Assembly: GCA_031430875.1 (NCBI GenBank)
Contig: JANPCI010000431.1
Location: forward strand, 1-59,443
From: Actinomycetes bacterium
GTDB taxonomy: Bacteria; Actinomycetota; Acidimicrobiia; Acidimicrobiales; Ilumatobacteraceae
Length of the DNA: 59,443 bases
Direction of reading: 5' to 3'
Shown here: positions 37,004-45,319 of the stretch, one piece after another
Layout: every line of letters starts with the position of its first letter
Position numbering within the stretch: position 1 is the first letter of the stretch
Translations under genes and position numbers: made by a program
The notes under the pieces: generated by a model
What the model was told of the DNA's origin: nothing
The model's input: the letters and a program-made list of their open reading frames with translations, nothing else
The model's database searches: none

Positions 37004-38604
37004 ACCGCCTGCCGCGGTGGCTCGTCGCGGCGCTCGCGATCGTGCCGGTGGTGGCCCTCGCTGTCTTCTACGTCTGGCCGTTCACGACGCTGGTCGTCGA
37101 GGCGCTCAGCGGAACTGCGATCGCCGACACCCTGGGTCGACCGCAGACGTGGGAGGTCGTGTGGTTCACGCTGTGGCAAGCGGTGGTGTCGACCGCCGTC
37201 ACGATCACCGTGGGCCTGGTGCCGGCCTACCTCGTGGCGCGATTTGCGTTCCGCGGCCGCAGTCTCCTCGTGGGCTTGCTCACAGCCACGTTCGTCCTTC
37301 CCACCGTGGTCATGGGCGCCGCCTTCCTGGCGTTGCTCCCCGACTCACTCGACCGCACCGTCTGGGCGGTGATCGGCGCGCACGTCGCGTTCAATGTCGC
37401 TGTCGTGGTGCGAGTCGTCGGGTCGCTGTGGGAGCACCTGCCGACCGACATGGAGTACGCCGCCGCGACGCTCGGTGCGTCACGGTGGCACGTCGTCACC
37501 CGGGTCTCGCTGCCACTCGTCCGGCCGGCGATCACCGCCGCGGCCACGATCGTCTTCCTGTTCTCGTTCACCTCGTTCGGCGTCATTCGCATTCTCGGCG
37601 CGCCAGGCACGCGCACGATCGAGGTCGAGGTGTGGCGCCGCGCCACGCAACTCGGCGATATCGGAGGGGCCACGGTGCTCGCCTTGCTGCAGCTGACCCT
37701 GCTCGCCGTCGTCCTCACGTGGTCGACGATCGCCCAGCGAACGCACAGCCGTGCGTTGGCGTTACGGCCGGTCGCACCCCTCCGTCGGGCGCGGACACGC
37801 GCCGAGCGATCGTTCGTCTCCATCGCCGCCTGGATGACGGCCCTGATCGCGCTCGTGCCACTGACCGCCCTCGTAGTGCGCTCGTTCTCGACGCCCGATG
37901 GCTGGTCGACGAACGCCTGGACGAACCTCGGGCGAACCGACGTGCGGCCGGGCCTGCGCGTTGGCATCGACCCGGTTGATGCCATCGTGAACTCGCTCAT
38001 CAACGCGGCATGGGCAACGCTGTTCGCTGTCGTCATCGGCGGCGTGGCCAGCCTGGCGATCACGGCGGCGAAGCGCCACGGCCGGTTGATCGACGGTGGA
38101 CTCATGCTCCCGCTCGGCACGTCGGCCGTCACGATCGGCCTCGGCATGCTCATCACCTTCGACGTTGCGCCCGTCGATTGGCGGGCGTCGTGGTGGCTGG
38201 TGCCGGTCGGCCATGCGCTGGTCGCCGTTCCGTTCGTCGTGCGCGTCTGCGTCGGAGTGCTGCGCTCGGTCGACCCGGCGATGACCGATGCGGCGGCCAC
38301 CCTCGGAGCCCCACCCGTGCGGGCGTGGCGAGCGACCGTCGTGCCGTACCTGTGGCGACCGCTGGGTGTCGGCGCCGCCCTCGCGGCGGCGATCTCGCTC
38401 GGCGAATTCGGGGCGACGAGCTTCCTCTCACGTTCGGGGGGCGAGACCCTGCCGATCGCCATCGAGCAACTGCTGGGCCGCACGGGCACGACCCTGCAGG
38501 CGCAGGGGTACGTGCTCGCCACGATGCTCGCGGCAGTGACCGTTGTGTTGGTCGTGGTCATCGAACAGGCGCAGTCGAGCCGCGATCGCGCGGTCGGCAC
38601 ATGA
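37000..38604 (+). CDS. thiP: ABC transporter permease with duplicated membrane domains (ThiP/iron(III)-type)
   Basis: GTG at 37000 overlaps the previous stop (GTGA). Two permease repeats. Confidence 0.8.
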   Translation: MNRLPRWLVAALAIVPVVALAVFYVWPFTTLVVEALSGTAIADTLGRPQTWEVVWFTLWQAVVSTAVTITVGLVPAYLVARFAFRGRSLLVGLLTATFVLPTVVMGAAFLALLPDSLDRTVWAVIGAHVAFNVAVVVRVVGSLWEHLPTDMEYAAATLGASRWHVVTRVSLPLVRPAITAAATIVFLFSFTSFGVIRILGAPGTRTIEVEVWRRATQLGDIGGATVLALLQLTLLAVVLTWSTIAQRTHSRALALRPVAPLRRARTRAERSFVSIAAWMTALIALVPLTALVVRSFSTPDGWSTNAWTNLGRTDVRPGLRVGIDPVDAIVNSLINAAWATLFAVVIGGVASLAITAAKRHGRLIDGGLMLPLGTSAVTIGLGMLITFDVAPVDWRASWWLVPVGHALVAVPFVVRVCVGVLRSVDPAMTDAAATLGAPPVRAWRATVVPYLWRPLGVGAALAAAISLGEFGATSFLSRSGGETLPIAIEQLLGRTGTTLQAQGYVLATMLAAVTVVLVVVIEQAQSSRDRAVGT

Positions 38605-39227
38605 GCGACCTCGAGGTGCGTGACGTTCGAGTCGCGTTCGGTGATGTCGTGGTGCTCGATGGTGTCTCGCTCCACGTCGCGAGCGGGGAAACCGTCGCAC
38701 TGCTCGGCCCGTCGGGAAGCGGCAAGAGCACACTCCTGCGTGTGATCGCCGGCATTGTCGCGCCCGACGCCGGCATTGTCGTGGTCGACGGAATCGACGT
38801 GACCCACGTCGCGACGCACCGGCGCGGCGTCGGCATGGTCTTCCAGGACAACCAGCTGTTCCCGCACCTGTCGACGCTCGACAACGTCACGTTCGGGCCG
38901 AAGCTGGCCGGCGCGTCGAAGGACGAACGCAACGAACTCGGACGTATGTGGCTCGACCGTGTCGGCTTGGCCGGGTTCGACAATCGGAGCGTCACGGAGC
39001 TGTCGGGTGGCGAGGCCAAGCGGGTTGCTCTCGCCCGCACCCTTGCCGCGCAACCGAGCGTCGTGCTGCTCGACGAGCCCCTCACCGGCCTCGATCGCGA
39101 ACTCCACGATCGCTTGGCAATCGACCTCGCCGAACTCCTGAAGCCGATCACCACGCTCCTCGTCACCCACGACCGCGACGAGGCCGCCGTGGTCGCCGAC
39201 CGGATTGTCGCCCTCGCCGATCTCTGA
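38601..39227 (+). CDS. thiQ: ABC transporter ATP-binding protein
   Basis: ATG at 38601 overlaps the permease stop. GPSGSGKST Walker A, LSGGEAKRVALAR signature, LLLDEP Walker B. Confidence 0.9.
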   Translation: MSDLEVRDVRVAFGDVVVLDGVSLHVASGETVALLGPSGSGKSTLLRVIAGIVAPDAGIVVVDGIDVTHVATHRRGVGMVFQDNQLFPHLSTLDNVTFGPKLAGASKDERNELGRMWLDRVGLAGFDNRSVTELSGGEAKRVALARTLAAQPSVVLLDEPLTGLDRELHDRLAIDLAELLKPITTLLVTHDRDEAAVVADRIVALADL

Positions 39228-39263
39228 CGTTCCCCTGCGCTCGTCGGGACGCCCACTGCGCAC

Positions 39264-39536
39264 GTGATGAATGCGAACGAATTGCGCCAACGGGCACGCC
39301 ACCTCCGCGATCTCGCGAGCTCGATCGAGGCACTGCCGGTGATGAGCCTCGAGGGCTACGCCGCCGACGACACCTGGCGCGGGCCGCGACCGATGCTGTG
39401 CCGATCGATGCTCGGGAGGAACCAACAACAGTTGCATGCAGCCGCTGACGATCTGCGCTCCCACGCCCACCTCTTCGAGCAGCGCGCCGCCGGGCTCGAC
39501 GCGATCGCCGTCGCCTCGGTCGGCCTGGTCGGCTGA
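39264..39536 (+). CDS. Small helical protein with a central W-x-G motif (WXG100-like, tentative)
   Basis: 90-aa ORF with good GC3. Two predicted helices flank DDTWRGPRP. Eleven nt separate it from the next ORF. Confidence 0.5.
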   Translation: MMNANELRQRARHLRDLASSIEALPVMSLEGYAADDTWRGPRPMLCRSMLGRNQQQLHAAADDLRSHAHLFEQRAAGLDAIAVASVGLVG

Positions 39537-39547
39537 GGGTCGAAAAC

Positions 39548-41200
39548 ATGGATATCGGCTACGACCCCCAGCGTGTGCGAGCACTCTCCCATCGCACCAC
39601 CGACGCGATCAACGGACTGCACTCGATCCACTCCGACGATCCCGCTGCCGCTGCCGCATTGCGAACCGTCAGGCTCACCCGACGCAACCTCGAAGACCAC
39701 TGGATGCCGACGCTGCTCCGGATCGTTGGCAGCGACGCCATGGTGTCGTGGACCGCGCTCGACCGGACGGTCGGCTGGTGGACCGCGATGTCACCGCTCA
39801 CCGACGATGTACTGCTCGGGTACGTCACGTGGGCCAACCAGTTGCTACCCGACCCGTTGCAACTCGAAACGCTTGGACTCGACGCACCCGGACTCGACGC
39901 GCCTGGCCTCGACAAGCTCGACCTCGACGTTCTGGCTCGCGAGCTCGCCCTGCGAGTCAGACGTGATCCGGACTTCGCCGATCGACTGCTTGGCCTGGCC
40001 CCCACCGCGCCGATCATCGGACAGCTGACCGGTCGTGCCGACTTCCCGTCGACGTTCCTTGCCGACGTCGTCACGACGATGATGTGGCCACGCGTCCCGC
40101 AGACCACTGTCGATCTCGCCGAGTACGCAGCCTCGTTGTCGATCGCGATGGCCGGCCTCCTCCACGACCCAACTGCATGCCTCGACCTCCTCCTGGATCC
40201 TGCGGTGCTCTACGGAATCGCAAGTTGGGAGGCGCTCGACGCCGACATCGTCAGAGAGTTCACGCTTGCGGGTCTGTACGACGCAGTCGCTGCCGATCCC
40301 GGCCGGCTCGGCGACGGCTATGAGGTGATCGCGAACCTCACGACGATCACCAATGGTCCCCACAACAATGAATTGACTCCCGGACTGGCTGTCGGCGTCG
40401 CCGGATCGATGGCCGGCTATCTCCCGACGCTGGCGCCCGCCCTCAACTTCGAGGCCAACACCAGGTCGGTCGTGATCGTTGATGACGTGGAGATCGACCT
40501 CGGCACCTACGACGAACTGGTCGGCCTCTTCGGCGCTGTTCTGCGCTACGACTCAGCACAGACGGCACTCGGCCCCGCGGTGAGCGAGTACGCCACACAG
40601 ACCGTCACTGACCTGGGCGCGGATGTGGGATCGCTCACCGGGGTCGAGCACGTGGCTGATTTTGCCGATCTTCTCGTCGATGCCACCCGCGCGAAGCAAA
40701 CCAGCCTGATGGCCGAAGCCGCCACCGAAGAAGGGCAACGGCGCCAGCTCGCGGGAGCACTCGGATTCGGACTGTCGGCGGTCGCCACGGTGGTCGGCGG
40801 CCCGGCCGTGACCCCGGTCGTGAGGTCCGTCGTGCGGTCGGTCGTCTCGGCCGCCGTGGAACTCGGCACGGAACTCGTGGCGAACGTCGAGCCCGAGACG
40901 ATGACCGACGGCATGTTCGGCCCGACGACCTACAACCTGATCACCATGGCAGCCGTGGCCGTCGTCGTGAACGACCCGAACGTTCGACGCGAGTTGGGAA
41001 TGGGCTCGATCAACCCTCGCCAGCTCGAGGAGATGGCCCGGCGCCTCGATGACATCGCCGAGGAGTCCGGCCTCGACGACCGCGTCACCAAGGTTCGCAA
41101 ATTCGAGCAATGGATCGCCACCGAGGTACCGGTGCTCGACGCTCACCTCAACACCATCAAGACGATGCCCGGAATGGATGCTCTCAAGGAGGGCGCCTGA
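39548..41200 (+). CDS. Hypothetical 550-aa protein with no domain I can recognise
   Basis: Long ORF with coding-type composition. Short [15 protein letters not shown] repeat. Hydrophobic Gly/Ala/Val-rich segment near residues 420-470. Confidence 0.65.
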   Translation: MDIGYDPQRVRALSHRTTDAINGLHSIHSDDPAAAAALRTVRLTRRNLEDHWMPTLLRIVGSDAMVSWTALDRTVGWWTAMSPLTDDVLLGYVTWANQLLPDPLQLETLGLDAPGLDAPGLDKLDLDVLARELALRVRRDPDFADRLLGLAPTAPIIGQLTGRADFPSTFLADVVTTMMWPRVPQTTVDLAEYAASLSIAMAGLLHDPTACLDLLLDPAVLYGIASWEALDADIVREFTLAGLYDAVAADPGRLGDGYEVIANLTTITNGPHNNELTPGLAVGVAGSMAGYLPTLAPALNFEANTRSVVIVDDVEIDLGTYDELVGLFGAVLRYDSAQTALGPAVSEYATQTVTDLGADVGSLTGVEHVADFADLLVDATRAKQTSLMAEAATEEGQRRQLAGALGFGLSAVATVVGGPAVTPVVRSVVRSVVSAAVELGTELVANVEPETMTDGMFGPTTYNLITMAAVAVVVNDPNVRRELGMGSINPRQLEEMARRLDDIAEESGLDDRVTKVRKFEQWIATEVPVLDAHLNTIKTMPGMDALKEGA

Positions 41201-41214
41201 CCCCATCGAGTGTT

Positions 41215-41257
41215 TGTGTGAGCGACAACGTTCACACTCGACGTTGTCGCTCGCACA
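41215..41257. terminator. 17-bp-stem hairpin TGTGTGAGCGACAACGT-(9 nt)-ACGTTGTCGCTCGCACA
   Basis: Lies 15 nt after the stop at 41200 and about 50 nt before gnd. One G-U position. No trailing T tract. Confidence 0.5.
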
Positions 41258-41309
41258 GAACCGCTATCCGACGGGGAGTGGTCGGTCGAGATCGTGGCAG
41301 GCTGTGGGC

Positions 41310-42335
41310 ATGCAACTTGGGATGATCGGGCTCGGCCGGATGGGCGCCAACATGGTGCGACGGCTCCACCAGGACGGACATGGATGCGTCGTTCACGACG
41401 TCGATGACGGAGCGATTGGTGCCCTCGAAGCGGAACTCGGCGTGGTCGGCGCTCGCTCGCTCGCGGAGATGGTCGCCGCGCTCGAACCACCACGGGCGAT
41501 CTGGATCATGGTGCCCGCCGCGTTCGTCGGGTCGACGGTCGACGCGCTCGCTCCCCTGCTCGATCCCGGCGACACGATCATCGACGGCGGAAACTCGTGG
41601 TACCGCCACGACGTCGACCGCTCCGAGGCGCTTTCTTCAGGCGGTGTCAACTACCTCGACGTCGGCACGAGTGGTGGAGTGTTCGGCCTCGAACGCGGGT
41701 ACTGCCTGATGATCGGCGGTCCCGATGCCGCCGTCGAACACCTGACCCCGATCTTCGAAACGCTCGCGCCCGGCATCGGCGACACAGAACGGACACCTGG
41801 GCGCACCGACGCCGAAGCATCGGAGGAGCACGGCTGGCTGCACTGCGGGCCGAGCGGCGCCGGACACTTCGTGAAGATGGTCCACAACGGCATCGAGTAC
41901 GGGCTGATGGCCGCGTACGCCGAGGGCCTCAACGTGCTCGCCAAGGCCAACATCGGCGCCCTCGATCATGCCGTCGATGCGGAGACTGCACCGCTCGACG
42001 CGGCGTCGTACTACCAATACGACCTCGACCTCGCGAAGATCACCGAGGTGTGGCGGCGGGGGTCGGTGATCAGTTCGTGGCTGCTGGATCTCACTGCACA
42101 GGCATTCCATGCCGATCCCGAGCTCAGCGCCTACACCGGTGTGGTGAGCGACTCGGGCGAGGGGCGTTGGACGATCAACGCGGCCATCGACGAAGGCGTG
42201 CCGGTCCCCGTCCTGTCTGCCGCGCTGTACCAACGGTTCTCGTCGCGGGGCCGCTCCGATGTGGCCGACCAGGTGCTGTCGGCGATGCGCGCCGGCTTCG
42301 GCGGCCACATCGAGCAGCGGGACGCCACACGATGA
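41310..42335 (+). CDS. gnd: 6-phosphogluconate dehydrogenase, decarboxylating (short Gnd-like form)
   Basis: ATG at 41310 within ORF 41049..42335. [11 protein letters not shown] Rossmann start, IIDGGNS, GTSGG motifs. Confidence 0.85.
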   Translation: MQLGMIGLGRMGANMVRRLHQDGHGCVVHDVDDGAIGALEAELGVVGARSLAEMVAALEPPRAIWIMVPAAFVGSTVDALAPLLDPGDTIIDGGNSWYRHDVDRSEALSSGGVNYLDVGTSGGVFGLERGYCLMIGGPDAAVEHLTPIFETLAPGIGDTERTPGRTDAEASEEHGWLHCGPSGAGHFVKMVHNGIEYGLMAAYAEGLNVLAKANIGALDHAVDAETAPLDAASYYQYDLDLAKITEVWRRGSVISSWLLDLTAQAFHADPELSAYTGVVSDSGEGRWTINAAIDEGVPVPVLSAALYQRFSSRGRSDVADQVLSAMRAGFGGHIEQRDATR

Positions 42336-43795
42336 CAAAGACACCGGCCACCAGCGCACCGATGCCGGCCATGCACGTCGACACTTCGCGCATGCAGACC
42401 AACCAGCCCGACGCCGATGCGCTCGTGCTGTTCGGCGCAACCGGCGATCTCGCCGTGCGCAAGTTGTTCCCGGCGCTGTACCGCCTCGAACGGGCGGGCG
42501 TGCTCAAGGTGCCCGTGATCGGTGTCGCCCGCAGCGAATGGACCGACGACGACTTTCGCACCCACGCTCGCGAGTCGATCGCCGAACACATCGACGACCC
42601 CGATCAGGCTGTCGTCGACGCGCTCTGCGCGCGGCTCGATCTCGTGCAGGGTGACTACTCCGACGAGAACACGTGGAACGAGCTCCGTGCGACCCTCGAC
42701 CGGCACAACTCACTCGTCGCGGTGTTCTACATGGCCATCCCGCCGACCATGTTCCCCACCGTTGCGACGAAGCTCGCCTCCGTCGGCCTGAACCAACGGG
42801 GTCGGATCGTCGTCGAGAAGCCGTTCGGACGCGACCTGCAGTCGGCAATCGAACTGAACAAGACGCTCCACGACGTCTTCAGCGAGGACCACATCTTTCG
42901 GATCGATCACTATCTGGGCAAGGAGGCGGTGGAGGATCTCCTCGTCTTCCGTTTCGCCAACACGCTGCTCGAACCGGTGTGGAACCGCAACTACGTCCGC
43001 AGTGTGCAGGTGACGATGTCGGAGACCCTCGACGTGGAGGGGCGCGGCTCGTTCTACGAGGGAGTCGGCGCGATCCGCGACGTGCTGCAGAATCACATGC
43101 TGCAGGTGGTGTCGCTGTTGGCGATGGAACCACCGGCCGGCGCCGACTCGGGCTTCCTGCAGGACGAGAAGGCCAAGGTGATCGCGGCGATGCGACCGAT
43201 CGACACCGACGCCCTCGTGCGCGGACAGTACGTCGGTTACCGCGACGAGCCCGGCGTCGACCCGAACTCCAATGTCGAGACATTCGCTGCCGTGCGTCTC
43301 GAAATCGACTCGTGGCGATGGGCCGGCGTGCCGTGGTACATCCGAGTCGGCAAGGCAATGAAGCAGAGCGCGACCGAGGCGGTGCTCGAGTTGCGTGAGC
43401 CGCCGCGCATGCTGTTCGACGAGTCCGGCGGGCCACCCCCGGGCCGCAACCTGATACGCCTCCGGCTCGGCAAGAACGACGGTGTCACGTTCGCGCTGCA
43501 GGCGAAGACGCCGGGCCCCGACCTCGACAGCCAGGAGGTCGACGTCGACGTCGACTTCGCCGCCGCGCTCGGCGAACGCCAGGACGCGTACGAGCGACTG
43601 ATCGGCGATGCACTCATCGGGTCGCTGCGACGCTTCGCCCGCCAAGACATCGTCGAGGGCACGTGGCGTGTCGTGCAGCCGGCACTCGACCATCTCGGCG
43701 ATGTGGTCCCCTACTTCCGCGGATCGTGGGGACCCGCCGACGCCGACGACATCCTCCTCGACGGCGACCACTGGTTCCAGCCGAGCCCGTCATGA
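42332..43795 (+). CDS. zwf: Glucose-6-phosphate dehydrogenase
   Basis: ATG at 42332 overlaps the gnd stop. [18 protein letters not shown] signatures. Confidence 0.9.
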   Translation: MTKTPATSAPMPAMHVDTSRMQTNQPDADALVLFGATGDLAVRKLFPALYRLERAGVLKVPVIGVARSEWTDDDFRTHARESIAEHIDDPDQAVVDALCARLDLVQGDYSDENTWNELRATLDRHNSLVAVFYMAIPPTMFPTVATKLASVGLNQRGRIVVEKPFGRDLQSAIELNKTLHDVFSEDHIFRIDHYLGKEAVEDLLVFRFANTLLEPVWNRNYVRSVQVTMSETLDVEGRGSFYEGVGAIRDVLQNHMLQVVSLLAMEPPAGADSGFLQDEKAKVIAAMRPIDTDALVRGQYVGYRDEPGVDPNSNVETFAAVRLEIDSWRWAGVPWYIRVGKAMKQSATEAVLELREPPRMLFDESGGPPPGRNLIRLRLGKNDGVTFALQAKTPGPDLDSQEVDVDVDFAAALGERQDAYERLIGDALIGSLRRFARQDIVEGTWRVVQPALDHLGDVVPYFRGSWGPADADDILLDGDHWFQPSPS

Positions 43796-44376
43796 CCGAC
43801 CACCGAATCCTGATCACTGCGGGCAGCGTCCGGCGCACATCGTTCAACTCCATCCTGGCCCGGGCGGTCGCCGACGAATTGGCGCGCCGAGATCGCGAGC
43901 ATCTGGTGGTGAGCCTCGCCGACCACGACATGCCGATCTACCACGGCGACCACGAGGACGAACACGGAGTGCCGACGACCGCGCACGAACTCGCTACGCT
44001 GCTGCGCTACTCCGGCGGCCTCCTGATCGCGAGCCCCGAGTACAACGGTTCGTTCAGCCCGCTGCTGAAGAACTCGATCGATTGGGTGACCCGAGTCGAC
44101 ATGGGTGTGCTGCGCGACACGCTCGTCGGCCTCATGGCGGCCTCGCCCGGCCGGGGTGGCGGCGCACGAGGACTGGCGATGGTCCGCACCTGGTTCGAGA
44201 ACATGCGCCTCACCGTGGCGACCGACGACCTCTCTATCCCACAGGTGAACGAGCACGTCACCGGCAAACCGAACTCGATGGCGTTCGACGTCGAGACCAG
44301 GGCTGCCATCGCTGCCTGGGTCGACGCCTACCTGGTCGAGTTCGACGAGTACTGCACCGGTCGCCCGGCGACCTGA
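43792..44376 (+). CDS. NADPH-dependent FMN reductase family protein
   Basis: ATG at 43792 overlaps the zwf stop. ILITAGSVRRTSFN and SPEYNGSFSPLLKN motifs. Confidence 0.8.
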   Translation: MTDHRILITAGSVRRTSFNSILARAVADELARRDREHLVVSLADHDMPIYHGDHEDEHGVPTTAHELATLLRYSGGLLIASPEYNGSFSPLLKNSIDWVTRVDMGVLRDTLVGLMAASPGRGGGARGLAMVRTWFENMRLTVATDDLSIPQVNEHVTGKPNSMAFDVETRAAIAAWVDAYLVEFDEYCTGRPAT

Positions 44377-44378
44377 TG

Positions 44379-44409
44379 GTTACATCTGGGGTCTGACCCC
44401 AGATGTAAC
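44379..44409. repeat. Perfect 31-bp palindrome GTTACATCTGGGGTC-T-GACCCCAGATGTAAC (family C core GGGGTCTGACCCC)
   Basis: Counted in the 47-nt spacer between the TGA at 44374-44376 and the ATG at 44424. Confidence 0.8.
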
Positions 44410-44423
44410 ACTGCGGGCGCACC

Positions 44424-45311
44424 ATGTGGATTCCCATCACACTCGCCGCGGCGACATTTCAGATCCTGCGCACGTCACAGCAGCATCAGATGCGGTCGGT
44501 GCTGTCGGTCAACGGGGCCGGCTTCGTGCGATACGCGTACGGGTTTCCGCTGGCACTCATCGTTGCGTTCGTGACGTTCGGGATCGTCGGCGCTCCGATC
44601 CCGTCGATTCCCGCTCGGTTCTGGACGATCATCGCTGGAGCCGGGGTCGTCCAGATCCTCGGCACTGTGGCGCTGCTGCGGGCGTTCGACCTTCGCGACT
44701 TCGCCATCGGGACCGTGTACGCCAAGACCGAGGTCATCCTCGTCGCAATCGTGTCAACGGTCGCTCTCGGTGAACCGCTGGAACCGCTCGGGTGGGTCGC
44801 CGCACTCATCTGCATGGCGGGCGTGGCGTGGCTCGCCGCACCCGATCGACTGCGTGACATTCTCGGCAGCGCCCGTGACCCCGCCGCACTGATGGGCGTC
44901 GCTGCTGCCGGATGCTTCGCACTGGCCGCCGTCGGCATCCGAGGTGCGTCGACATCGCTCGACGGACCCACCTGGAATCGGGCACTGCTCACCCTCACCG
45001 TGATGCTCGGCATCCAGACGCTCGTCAACGCGAGCCAGCTCGCAGTGACCGATCGATCCGAATTGACGAACGTCGCACGAGCCTGGAGGTTCGCTCTGCC
45101 CGTCGGCGTGCTCAGCCTGTGCGGCTCGATCGGTTGGGCGGTCGCCGTCACGCTCACCAACGCAGCGAAGGTGCGCACGCTCGGACAGGTGGAGATCGTC
45201 ATCGCCTTCGCCATCTCGGCGTGGGTACTACACGAGCAACACAGCAGAGCGGAGTACACCGCCAGCGCATTGGTTCTGGTCGGAGTCGTCGGCGTCGTCG
45301 TGTTCGGTTGA
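44424..45311 (+). CDS. EamA/DMT family transporter
   Basis: 295-aa ORF with about ten hydrophobic segments. Confidence 0.75.
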   Translation: MWIPITLAAATFQILRTSQQHQMRSVLSVNGAGFVRYAYGFPLALIVAFVTFGIVGAPIPSIPARFWTIIAGAGVVQILGTVALLRAFDLRDFAIGTVYAKTEVILVAIVSTVALGEPLEPLGWVAALICMAGVAWLAAPDRLRDILGSARDPAALMGVAAAGCFALAAVGIRGASTSLDGPTWNRALLTLTVMLGIQTLVNASQLAVTDRSELTNVARAWRFALPVGVLSLCGSIGWAVAVTLTNAAKVRTLGQVEIVIAFAISAWVLHEQHSRAEYTASALVLVGVVGVVVFG

Positions 45312-45319
45312 CGGCGGGC

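Noticed and set aside
37227-39584. 785-aa minus-strand ORF
   Set aside because: It is antisense to the thiP/thiQ genes, which carry canonical ABC motifs. Composition is typical of a shadow ORF.
39264-41200. A complete ESX/type VII secretion locus
   Set aside because: Only the WXG-like small ORF supports the idea. No EccB/C/D/E or mycosin genes are present in the window, so it is reported only as an orphan uncharacterised pair.
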